A DNA stretch of 64,000 bases from Paecilomyces variotii (taxonomy: Eukaryota), in the NCBI GenBank assembly GCA_004022145.1, contig RCNU01000003.1. One strand, written 5' to 3'. Every line of letters starts with the position of its first letter. Position 1 is the stretch's first letter. Positions 26,519 through 37,638 of this stretch are shown here, in pieces. The notes under the pieces are model-generated. The model ran no database searches. It saw only the letters and a list, made by a program, of their open reading frames with translations, and was not told where the DNA came from. A program made the position numbers and the translations under genes.

Positions 26519-27090
26519 GGTGATGGCTATTATTCTGTTGGCAGTAAACACAACGACCGGGGGATATCTTGAGTCGAAAGAGAAGTCAAATCAAATATTA
26601 TGTCTAGAAGCTCTGGCAGGAATGCAGATTATTTCAGTAGTTATTAAGCCGCAACACCGGGGATCTAGAATCCCGGATCCAGGACCAATCCATCAGCAAA
26701 GCACGTGGAGACGCCATGTGGTACGATTCATCTCGGCTCTCAGACTTTGTGATACTCTGTTCTGCGGACTAAATCATGGCTTGGACTTTGTTATTCTATG
26801 AGTGACAAGTGCTGCATTGTTATTATACTTCAAATCGTCGTTAGCATATTCTTTTTTCCACCTGAATACGAAAACGACTCTATAGAAACCTCCAATACTC
26901 TATGCGGCCTGGACGAGTCATTATTAACAGCTAAACGAGTCTCTCGTTTCTCACCATCAATCCGGACATATCGCAAAAAGCATTCCCATCTCGATCCCGG
27001 CGGCATCCAGATCTAGATCCCAAGAGAGGAAGAATGAGTGGCGGGATCGATGATTGGGCAATGGAAGACGGGGATCTTAGCGTGGCCGAT

Positions 27091-27110
27091 AATCTGCTCA
27101 TTTGTGCTCA
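27091..27110. promoter_or_regulatory. Tandem Mac1/CuRE-like copper response elements upstream of the BIM1-like gene
   Basis: AATCTGCTCA TTTGTGCTCA: two GCTCA cores. Resembles yeast CuRE TTTGC(T/G)C(A/G) and the TGTGCTCA site described for Aspergillus Mac1. Confidence 0.6.
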
Positions 27111-27867
27111 GCCTTTAACCTCTTTCGGAGGCTCGAGATCGCAGTTTTCGAACTAGAAAAAAAGTGTTACTACCATATACAGAAGAAACCGGAATTGCTG
27201 ATACTAGTAGTAGTGGGCGGATCTGTCCGGCCTGACTCACTAGACGAGTTTAGTTTTTTCTCCGATTCTTATCAATAATAATAATAATATTACGCTTGGC
27301 CAACAAAGTTGATGTTCCTGTGCCTGTGCCGGATCCGGCCAATGACAACCACTTAGATAATAGTAGCATCGTGTTATGTACACAGAGCTGATTTGCTATT
27401 TGTACTTGGACAGACACTGGTACAGTACGACTGTAGTAAGCAGTATCGGACAGCAGCAGGCTGAGGTTGTACCGACCCGGCTTCTTTGTTGAGGTGATTA
27501 ACTTGGCTGTCATTTGTGACAGGATGAAAGCTTTGACAGATCGGTATTCCGGCTGGACGACTCGTTTGTGCGGTATATTCTGTTCCATGATCCACACGAG
27601 GAGAAAATAGATCGTGTCAATAATGACTTCTCATTATTATCACCAAATAAAAGAGAACGAAGCTATCTTCGTCGTCATGCTATAGAAAGTAAAGAAAACA
27701 AAACCATAGGGGATATCATAATCGTAGTGCCCGTCAAGAAATACCAAAGTCATCAAAAAGCCCGAACAACCTCCAAGAGAGCGCACCAAGTCCCGCTGCG
27801 CCCGCAGAAAAGCTGCATATCCATCAATAATATCGACAAGGAAAGGTAGACGACATCCAGGTCGCAT

Positions 27868-28513
27868 CTAGTGCTCGTTCCAGTGATTGTACTGGATGTA
27901 TCTGCCTACTGCCAGCTCACCCAGGAAGGTACCTGCCAGAATGGAGCAGAAATAACCAACGTTCATCGTCATGACGCCCAACATCCTAGGCCCTTGGTTA
28001 GTCTGGTACACGACGAAAGGGATAATAATAGATCATGCAAACTTACAAGAGATATGCAACACCGGTAATGCACAGAACAATCAGAGCTCGGGGCAGATCC
28101 ACGCTGAATCGCCAAGGCAACGCCTCCTGCGTGTAACGATGCACCACACGTACAGTTTCCTGCGCCCCTTCGGCGCTCACCAGAGTTGCTGTCTTGGCCT
28201 CAGGATCCGATGCGATACGTCCAGCTTCGGGGTTCTTTCCCGCGACGACGATGTAGCGCCGCTGCAGGTGGGCAGCGAGCCAGCGCTGCTCCATGATTGC
28301 TTTGAACGCGATGAGACCGCGAGCGATGATGGCGAGGATGATGAGAAAGATACAGGTGCCTGCATAGCCGCCCCGGGAGCTGGGTGTCCACAGTGTCGAG
28401 TACAGAGGCATAGTGTGGGTGTTGGTAAATACCATGGGCATGCTTGACATGTCCGACGATGACATGCCGGACGAGCTCGACGAGCCACTCATGTTCATGC
28501 TGCTCATATCCAT
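27868..28513 (-). CDS. Ctr-family high-affinity copper transporter
   Basis: Exons 28047-28513 and 27868-27985. N-terminal Mets motifs MDMSSMNM..DMSSMPMVF. MxxxM in YLLMLGVMTMN, followed by GxxxG (GTFLG). Confidence 0.92.
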
Positions 28514-29001
28514 ATTGGCAACTAACTTGCGACGATATCGACGATTAGAGTATATAGTAAGGTAGTAGTGATGGGTTTCCGCCACAGCAATGGGATGAAA
28601 GAAACGAAGCCTTTCCCGGCAGTTGCACGATTGCTCTTGCAGTCAATTGCGAGCAGACCGGCGTGGTTACTCTTATAGACTTCCCACAGAGTAGGACAGA
28701 AGATGTGTAGAGCAAGCGTCACACGACGAACCAGGGTCGAAACCGTGAATGTATCAGTAACGAGAAGATTTGCGAGAGAACCCCAGGAATAATTATTAGT
28801 TAATTGCCTTCAGTTCGTATGGGAGAGGGAGATGGCCTGGATCTTATTGAAGCCGGGTGGAGAGAGAACGTGGTGCCGATCTACTTAGAGTGCGTAAGTA
28901 GTAACGGGCTGTCAGCGACAAGCTAAGAGAACGCGTAAAAATGCCTATAATAATAATAGTAATTCTTTTTCTTTCTCTTGCCCAGTACTGTAGTGGATTC
29001 A

Positions 29002-29058
29002 CGCTTGAGCAGATTTCCTCAACTCTCTCGGGGCCGGAGTTGGCGCTTGAGCAGATTT
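29002..29058. promoter_or_regulatory. 15-bp direct repeat containing CuRE-like elements in the ctr/fre divergent promoter
   Basis: CGCTTGAGCAGATTT at 29002-29016 and 29044-29058; the reverse complement contains AATCTGCTCA. Confidence 0.65.
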
Positions 29059-29531
29059 TCTCCCACTTGCGTCCTATCAGGAAGCCGTCTGCGGAACCCG
29101 CCATCGTGCTGTTTGCGGAGTCCCAAGGATGAGACGGGAAAAATATTATTAGTTACTATTAATTATTATCGTTATGATTCTAGAGTATGCCAAAGATTGA
29201 CTGACTGACTCTATCATTCTCGGGCCCATCAGACCTCGTGGTTGTCGTTCTTATCCTGCTCGTCCCGCGATAGGATCACGGGCGCTGCGTCTGGACCGGC
29301 TGGATCATCGATGGCCCATTCTCCTGCCAACCTCGTGGCTATTTACGATCCTAGATTTCCCCAGTGTTGATCGCTGACAAGTGCGACAGCCGTCTGACAT
29401 ATTACTGTTCCGGTGGTCTGGAGTTGTAGATGCGCTGATCCCCGCGATATAATCATACTGTCCCTCCAGACCTAGACACGGTCTAACACTTGAAACGGCC
29501 TCCCCCAGCAACGTTCTCCCGCACCGACAGG

Positions 29532-31725
29532 ATGTCCATGTCGATGGGGGATATGCCCATGGGCGACATGTCCATGGGCAACGGGGTGCCCGGTCTCTTC
29601 TATCTCCAGAAGATGTACTGGGCTGTCGTCGGCTCTGCAATTGCGGCCGCCACCGTTGTGCACGTTCTGGACCGTTTCCTGGCTCGTCAGCGGTAAGTGC
29701 CTATGGCCCTTGCATAATAGTCCTGGTAAGAAGATAATAATACTAACGGACAATGGCAGGCTCCGGGACACATCGCTCAATCCGTCAAAACCAAAGTCGC
29801 TTTTCTTCGGGATCTATGCCACAATCACTGCCATATCGCGCGAGGTCGCATATGCCACCCTGCGACCTTTGTCGATCGGCACGAAATCGTTTCATCTGCC
29901 TCCACTGGGGCCAGTGGTCGTTGTCTTGAGCAATTTGGTTGTGGTGCTGGTATTCTGCTTCTATAAGCTGGATAGCACCAACCGATGGAACTGGGAAAAT
30001 GTCGGGTACAGGACCGGTTTCATCGCCCTCGCGCAGCTACCCCTGATCTTCCTTCTGGCGGCGAGGCAGAATATCATTGGATACCTGACTGGCCTGAGCC
30101 ATGAACGCCTCAATTGGTTCCATCGCGCGATCGCCCGTACCCTCTGGCTTAGTGTCACCATCCATATGGGCTTCTGGTTCCGTGACTGGGCTCAGTACGA
30201 CTATATCACGTATCAACTCAAAAATGACCCCTTAACCAAGCGTGGTTTCGCGGCGTGGTGTATCCTCACCTTCATTGTTATCTCATCCGCTGGCCCAGTT
30301 CGCCGCTTGAGCTATGAGATATTCGTCTTACAGCATATAGTGACCTTCGCTGGGTTTCTTGCCGCCGTATGGCTCCATGTTCCAGATGAAGTCAAAGCCT
30401 GGGTTTGGATTCCCATCGGCCTGGTAGTGTTCGATCATGTCATTCGTTACGCCTTGGTTCTATATGCCAATATTTCCTTCCTCCATCCCTTTGCACGGAG
30501 GAATGGTCGCCTGCAGAACAGCTTCTTTGCCCATCAGGCCTCGTTCACTCCGCTCCCGGGCAATGTAACTCGGATCACGGTGGAAAATCCGGCCATCCAC
30601 TGGAAGCCAGGCCAGCATGTGTTCTTGGCTTGTCATTCCATTGTGCCTTTTCAAAACCATCCGTTCACCATCGCGTCACTTCCCTCTGACAAGAAACTGG
30701 AGTTTCTTGTACGGGCTGAAAAGGGAGGGACTAGAAGGTTCTTCCAGTATGCCTCGAAGAACCATGGCATTCTCGGTGATTCAGGCACCGCCGCAGTCAC
30801 TCGCACCAAGACAGTTTTGCTTGAAGGCCCATATGGTGGAATGCGTCCATTGCGTCAGTTCGACAGCGTCATCCTGATGGCAGGTGGCATGGGGGCTACA
30901 TTCGTTGTACCCTTGCTGAGGGATCTTGTCGAGGGGTGGAAAAAGGAATGCACTGAGCCTCCTGCAGCGTCCAGGGTGCGATTCTTCTCAGCAGCTCGAC
31001 TTGCTGCAACCAAAAGAATACGTGTAGTGTGGGTCATTCGATCGAGAGCCCAGCTGAGCTGGTTTGAGTCTCAGCTTCAGTCAGTCCTGGCCGATCTGGA
31101 AGTGTGCAGGCGTGTGCAGCCCGATTTCGATAAAACAATCGAGCTTAGCATCTATGTTACATGCGACGAGAAGCTGGATGAGAAGCCCGTTTACCTGCAG
31201 CCACCGTCACATAGCGCTCCTGTTCAGCCAAAACCGCGCATATCGGTTCTTGATGAAGACAAGATGGAAAACAAGGTTGTCGAGAAGGACGGTATCTCTG
31301 CTCATTCCACATCAATATCTGCATCTCAGCAACAACTTCCCGATGAAAAGGGCCACAGCTGTCTCCCCGGAGGCGGTTGCTGCTGCGCCATGACAATTGA
31401 AGAGGAAGATAAGACATCGATTTCGAAATGCGCTTGCTCAGGCCCTGCCCCTCCACCAGAACTGCCTAACCCGTCACTTTCGTCTCTTGAGGAGTCTATC
31501 CCATCCCATCCCATACCTCTTCTCTCGGGGCGGCCCCACCCGCGAACCATCATACGCAAGGTTCTGGAACAAGCTGAGGGTGAAAGCGCCGTCGTCGTAT
31601 GTGGCCCTCGCGGCCTTGCAGATGATGTACGCCGTAGCGTTGTATATCTTAGCGACGAGCGCGCTGTTCACAAGGGAACGGGTGCCCAGGGCATTTACCT
31701 CCATGTGGAGGCTTTCGGGTGGTGA
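29532..31725 (+). CDS. Ferric/cupric reductase transmembrane component (FRE family)
   Basis: Exons 29532-29692 and 29760-31725. Heme His motifs (NWFHR, TIHM, LQHIV, WLHV), KPGQH, HPFTI (FAD), EGPYG, AGGMG and VCGP. Confidence 0.92.
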
Positions 31726-32169
31726 TATACCTGAGACATCGATGTTTTCACTAATCTATTGCATGCATGGCGAGGCGTTCCTGGTTGGGTATTGGGATTT
31801 GATGATAAGGATAAAGTCACGAATGAGACGGCATTTCTGTTATTGCATCCAGTGTGGGATTCGACGAATCCAGTTCTGGGAGAATTTATACGGTCAAAAT
31901 AAATGCATTATGTACCGCTAGTTGATATTTCAAAGAGTTCTGTCGACTTACTCTGTAATTTGGTCTGCTCTCATTGCGTGCTGAAGTTGCCCGGTTGGCC
32001 TGGGAAAACACCGCCCCGCATTACATCTCCCCTGTGAAATCGACGTCGAAAATGACCACTATCGAGGCGATATGGTATACGGTCGGATTTCCACTGTAAC
32101 TCTCACGGCGAGCCGCCGCTTTAGCGTTCCACCACGTGCTGTTATGCCCCAGGCTCTTTCCTGGCTCTC

Positions 32170-32385
32170 CTATCTGCTGTTGGACATCAAAAGTCGATAT
32201 ATGGAACATCGGAGTGCTACTTTGGGACTTATTTGAAGACCACCATTTGTTTGACGGTAGTAGAACACTCAACCGGAAGCAGTCAGACGTACACCTTCTC
32301 GCTGAAATAGAAGCTGTGCTGGGCCCTCCACCTCTCAATTTCTTTGGCAAATATCCTCGAAGTCAAAAGTACTGGGATTCCTCGG
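32170..32385 (+). pseudogene. Fragment of an SRPK-like protein kinase (C-lobe only)
   Basis: WTSKVDIWNIGVLLWDLFEDHHLFDG...HLLAEIEAVLGPPP...KYWD. No N-lobe, HxD or DFG motif found upstream. Confidence 0.65.
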
Positions 32386-33241
32386 CTAAGATCTTCACAA
32401 TTGAGATATACCTAGTTGTTTTTGGGAACGAGAATATTTACCTTGCTACCAACACAGTAGTGTTCCACCTAATATAGAATTGTTAATCCAACACAAACCA
32501 CCCAAGAAGACAGTGATAAGTTCAGCTGATCACTGTTGGATCAGGCATCTGGAAATCATGTATTTTGTGAGAGATCCTGCCAGCATTAGTTATACAGGGC
32601 CAGCAACAGCTGTGCATTCGTCGGGAAAGAACATCTACTGACAGTTCAGGCCCGGCAAGTCGACTGCAAGTCGATGAGGGAGCGACAGCGGTATGCCTTC
32701 CCCTTAGCAATTGCTGACTGACGGCTGATAGGCTTCTGTCGGTGCGGTGGCAGCTTGTCTGCTTCTGAAGGACACAGGTTCCGTAGCTTATTGTGTCGTT
32801 GATATATGTTCCCATAGGAAATATTATCATGAGCAGTTTGCTCCTGCTTCCGATTGTTGATATTTTTATCTACGGACTCAATGAGCCGCAAGGGATCCAG
32901 AAGATGGAGTCTATTGAAACTTGTGTTTCTGATGATAGGAATCCTTTTACTCGTCTCCCCCAGGTCGGCATTCCCGAATTGGCTACTTGCAGAATTGCTA
33001 ATCCAATGCGTTGTCGAAACCCGAGATGGATTCCTGAAGCACCGACACTTCTTATTCTTTTCCCCCTTCGCAATTTTCTAGCTCTTTATCTACTCAGAAA
33101 ACCATACCGCTCATAATAGGTGTAAGGTCCTACAGCATCTATAAGATTTTCATCGATACAATACATTAGCTGTCGGGTTCTATAGCCTCCGTAATATCAC
33201 CATCCTAAGCCTGACCGAATACTTGGGTGTTTTGTACGAAC

Positions 33242-33775
33242 ATGAGTAATAAACGCCGAGTCATGGTCACGATCCACCACCGTGATGAAATGTCGCTCGG
33301 TGAAAATCGATCACGGTTAGGCTACGAAGCATTTCACTGGGGAATCTTGATTGCGCCTAAGGGCTCCAAAGGCCCTGACTGCACGGCATACGATGTGTCT
33401 GATGGGGCAATTCCTGATCCGAATACTCGACAAGATCTCAATCCAGAACGAAACTGGTTCTTCCGACCTAAGGAACGAGTTGACCCCATCAGAAGCGGTC
33501 GTCTTATCGGTAGAGTGTTGATCGGAAAGGTTCCAAACCATATCTCAGACGCGCAAATCCAGACGATTCTCGTCGCGGTTCCTCTTCCGATTAAAAATAC
33601 AACAGAGAGCTGCGTGACTTGGACCTCTGCTGCAATCAGATCGTTACAAAATAATGGAATAGCTAAACAATTCGACATAGATCGGTTTATGGGTCGGGCC
33701 CTTACGTTGGCTGATGAGTGGTTGGCGAAACCCAAATCTGACAATCTCTACGATTATACCAGAACATTTTCGTAG
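33242..33775 (+). CDS. Uncharacterised fungal protein (DUF6914-like; HWG...CVTW motifs)
   Basis: Intronless 177-aa ORF from ATG 33242. Motifs FHWGILIAPK, YDVSD, LIGRVLIGKV and SCVTW. Confidence 0.65.
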   Translation: MSNKRRVMVTIHHRDEMSLGENRSRLGYEAFHWGILIAPKGSKGPDCTAYDVSDGAIPDPNTRQDLNPERNWFFRPKERVDPIRSGRLIGRVLIGKVPNHISDAQIQTILVAVPLPIKNTTESCVTWTSAAIRSLQNNGIAKQFDIDRFMGRALTLADEWLAKPKSDNLYDYTRTFS

Positions 33776-33974
33776 TCATTATAATCAGATTACGGATTTT
33801 GTTGGCCTATTTATCGTATTGCTATTATTCACCGGTTCACATACGGTGATCCTGGACGGGATCGTGTCATCACCAGGATCATTGGCAGGAGTCCACATCG
33901 ATGACTGACTATTCTTACGAAATGAATTAGTGTACAGGATTATAATACAGACAAGTGTCCTAAACAACGGTCGA

Positions 33975-34817
33975 TTATACACGCTTTGAGGTCGCAAAGT
34001 TGTTGACCCATTGCTGTGCCATTCCCGGTTCGTTGAACTGCTCCCATAAAGCACGTTCTGCAGCCAGTTCATCATCATACCTCGCTACAACACTTCGAAG
34101 TTCCTCATACCAGTCAGGCATATTGAGGAGTCCATAATGCGCTTTCGTGTATTCCCAATACTCTGGATACCAACCCGCGAATGCCCAATCAACTAGCGCA
34201 ACGATCTTGCCATCGCGAACAATGATATTTCGCGGCACGAGGTCTGAGTGGGAAAAGCAGCTTCGATATTGACGAGAATGACAACGTGAAACTGCTTCGC
34301 CATATACCTGTGAACAATTCTCTAAGGGAATATGCCCACGAAGAAAAGAATGGAACTCTTCATGATCATGAAATGGCCCAAAGAGACTGGTTCCCACCCG
34401 ATAGTCGAGAACACCTCTGAGTTCTGCTGAAGCCACTATTCCCTCATGTGGTGGTTTGAGCCGTCGAAGCTGTTCAACGAAGCCAGCAAGCTCTTTGACA
34501 ATAGCCTTTTTCTGAGCTGGGGACAAAACGCCACCAATCCATGCGGTTTCAAGACTTGTTCCCTTAATGTATTCCATTTCAATGTAAAGTCCCTCAAGCT
34601 GATCGTAGGTCGCGTAAACCTTTGGTACAGGTATGGATGTGGATTTGGCGACGTAGTTGAGAGCTTCCAGCTCTGCCAATTGACAAGGCCCTTTGATGAC
34701 TCGGTCTCGACTAATCTTGACGAGGGTCGGCCCTAGAGAACCAAACACCTTCTTGCCGATTAGAAGCCTAACTTGTAGAATAAAAGATGTTATTCTACCA
34801 AGGATGCATGCGATCAT
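33975..34817 (-). CDS. Aminoglycoside phosphotransferase (APH)/choline-kinase-like protein
   Basis: Intronless 280 aa. Motifs SIPVPKV, MEYIKG, Brenner-type HSDLVPRNI and VDWAFAGWYPEYWEY. Confidence 0.85.
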   Translation of the reverse strand: MIACILGRITSFILQVRLLIGKKVFGSLGPTLVKISRDRVIKGPCQLAELEALNYVAKSTSIPVPKVYATYDQLEGLYIEMEYIKGTSLETAWIGGVLSPAQKKAIVKELAGFVEQLRRLKPPHEGIVASAELRGVLDYRVGTSLFGPFHDHEEFHSFLRGHIPLENCSQVYGEAVSRCHSRQYRSCFSHSDLVPRNIIVRDGKIVALVDWAFAGWYPEYWEYTKAHYGLLNMPDWYEELRSVVARYDDELAAERALWEQFNEPGMAQQWVNNFATSKRV

Positions 34818-35305
34818 GGCGCTGGTCGCAAGATGGCAAGATGTTTTAGCATAAAGTCATCTGACTATAGCAGACTATACGTACTCAAGTATATAGTTAG
34901 ATTCTTGATAATGGAAAAGCTCTAGAGGGCAGTGTTAGAAGAGTTGAACGCAGAGAAGAGCTAGACACGCGACGACGACGTTCGCGGCGCCAAGGGGACG
35001 CTAAATTTATGTCTACGCGACAGACAAATTGTCCATTCCTTGGACATATGAACTCGCATATCTGTGTCTCGCGCGAAGGGCAGATATCACGCCGGCCTCG
35101 ACCAGCCCACAGCAGCATCAATGGCCAAACGTTGGGAGGAGCGTTGCATTTATCATAGAGGGGCGGTCGGGTATGGTGCTTAAGTATCGGTGGTGCGGAT
35201 TCGCCGAAACAGGGCGCTATCCCCGACCTGGTAACTAATTCAACTATGGACCCAATGGACTACCATCCCCGCAACCCATGCCAACCATAGAACAAAACAA
35301 CAGAA

Positions 35306-36958
35306 ATGGATTCTCAGGTTGCCTATTATGACCTTGGTGGTTTTCACCGTACAGTGACAACAAGCAGCGATGATGCACAAATCTGGTTTGACCGCGGACT
35401 GGTCTGGACATATGCGTTCAACCACGAAGAGGCGAGTAAATGCTTCAAACACGCCATTACCCTGGACCCCACCTGTCCGATGGCATACTGGGGATTAGCA
35501 TATTCGCTCGGTCCAAATTATAACAAACCATGGAGCGTATTTGATGATGCTGAACGTGAGAAAACAATCAAGAGCACACACGAGGCCGCGGTGGCAGCCC
35601 AAGAGCATGCTCAGCATGCCTCCCCAGCTGAGCAATTGCTTATCAGAGCGGTTCAGTTCCGTTATCAGAAAGACTCAAAGGAGCGCGATCTATCAATTTG
35701 GAACAAACAGTACGCTGACGCGATGAAGATGGCTTATACTCGCTTTCCGGATGACCTTGATATCGCAGCTCTGTACGCGGATGCGTTGATGAATCTGACC
35801 CCTTGGGCGCTGTGGGATATTCGAACCGGACAGCCAGCTGAAGGGGCCAGCACCATGGAAGTCAAAAAGGTACTCGAGCATGCATTATCACTGGAAGACG
35901 GCTTGAAGCACCCGGGGATACTGCATTTATATATACACCTCATGGAGATGTCTGGGACACCAGAAAAAGCACTTCCCGCTGCCGATCATCTACGTCTGTT
36001 GGTTCCGGATGCTGGTCATTTAAACCACATGCCTTCGCATATTGATGTTCTCTGCGGCCACTATGAGCAGGCTATAGTCTCGAATACGGATGCTATCCGT
36101 GCGGATAGAACATTTGTTTCTCGAGAAGGCGCCATCAACTTCTATACGCTTTATCGGGCGCATAATTATCATTTCCGTTTATATGCGGCAATGTTCGCAG
36201 GGAAATTTCAAGTCGCGTGGGACACGATCATCCAGCTGGAGGCGTCAATACCGGAGGATCTACTCCGTGTGGAATTACCGCCCATGGCAGATTGGCTCGA
36301 GGGCTTTCTTGCCATGCGTGTGCATGGTCTCGTCCGCTTTGGGCGTTGGCAAGAGATATTAGATCTCGATCTGCCGGAAGATCAGAAATTGTACTGTGCA
36401 ACAACAGCGATGCTTCACTATGGAAAGGGCGTGGCATATGCTGTGATTGGGGATATTGAAAATGCAGATAAGGAGCAGGTCCTGTTTTCACGCGCCGTGG
36501 AAATTGTCCCTCATTCACGTGTAGTTTTCAACAATACGTGCCGTGATGTTCTTCAGATAGCCGAAGCAATGCTTGCCGGGGAACTGGAGTATCGAAAAGG
36601 CAACTTTGATATCGCCTTCGACCATCTACGCACAGCTATTTCTCGCTCTGATTCCCTGCCATATGATGAGCCATGGGGCTGGATGCAACCACCTCGTCAT
36701 GCGTATGGGGCACTTCTGCTGGAGCAAGATCGAGTAGAAGAGGCAGCAGCTATATATGCGGCTGATCTTGGGTTAGACGGTACCTTGCCCCGCGCGCTGC
36801 AGCATCCCAATAATGTATGGGCATTGCACGGGTATCATGAATGCTTGCGGCGACTCGGGAGAGACGATAAGGAGCATACTATCCACAAACTGCTGGCAGA
36901 CACGTCGGCTACAGCGGACGTCCCAATCCGGGCTTCGTGTTTCTGCCGCAAGAATTAA
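35306..36958 (+). CDS. TPR-domain protein
   Basis: Intronless 550 aa. Motifs WFDRGL..YAFNHEEA, MAYWGLAY..GPNYN, HPGILHLYIH, GHLNHMPSH, YDEPWGW and C-terminal ASCFC. Confidence 0.82.
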   Translation: MDSQVAYYDLGGFHRTVTTSSDDAQIWFDRGLVWTYAFNHEEASKCFKHAITLDPTCPMAYWGLAYSLGPNYNKPWSVFDDAEREKTIKSTHEAAVAAQEHAQHASPAEQLLIRAVQFRYQKDSKERDLSIWNKQYADAMKMAYTRFPDDLDIAALYADALMNLTPWALWDIRTGQPAEGASTMEVKKVLEHALSLEDGLKHPGILHLYIHLMEMSGTPEKALPAADHLRLLVPDAGHLNHMPSHIDVLCGHYEQAIVSNTDAIRADRTFVSREGAINFYTLYRAHNYHFRLYAAMFAGKFQVAWDTIIQLEASIPEDLLRVELPPMADWLEGFLAMRVHGLVRFGRWQEILDLDLPEDQKLYCATTAMLHYGKGVAYAVIGDIENADKEQVLFSRAVEIVPHSRVVFNNTCRDVLQIAEAMLAGELEYRKGNFDIAFDHLRTAISRSDSLPYDEPWGWMQPPRHAYGALLLEQDRVEEAAAIYAADLGLDGTLPRALQHPNNVWALHGYHECLRRLGRDDKEHTIHKLLADTSATADVPIRASCFCRKN

Positions 36959-37638
36959 CTTTCTTGTCAAGAGACAGATGATCTTGAACTGGTCATTTCT
37001 TTTGTTGTCGTGATGCTATGAGGCTCCGAAACTGTGCATGTAGATCGTTGCGAGAGTGAACGGACATTTTCTCGTAGTGAGAGACCGGTGCAGATAGTAA
37101 TTGAGATCAATTTTATTAACTATCATGTCTTGTTTCTTTCTTGGAGTGAATCCTATTGGGTACGGGTCTGTTGATAGCTGGAAGCGGTTTATATTTCCTT
37201 TCAGGCCATAGGTACTGCTAGCTCGGATAGGCACCTGAAATAAATGTAAACAGATATGGTATCCCTCAACATGAGACGCATTATCTCTCAATAAATATTG
37301 ATATAAGTTTGGTGTTTGGCAAAATGTCCTTGTATATCTCGCGGATTTAGACGGGCAATGTCTGTACTTACATAATCAGGGCTTTGCGGGCGGAGAACCC
37401 TAAGGCTAAACCTGAAGTCTCGCTTAACGAGCCCACTAGCGCCAAACGGTGTGCACTCCTCGGGCGGCCAACCTTAGCGCGAACTTCGATATTGAATCTG
37501 AAATTGTCACACCCATCTCCCACGACGCCCAGCGAGCGAGACCTAACAAGACCGACAAGGTATGCTATTCTGCACTGGCTTTTGAAATCAATCGCTCGTA
37601 TCGAAAAGACCTGTTCGTACTAATATTTGGATTTGAAG

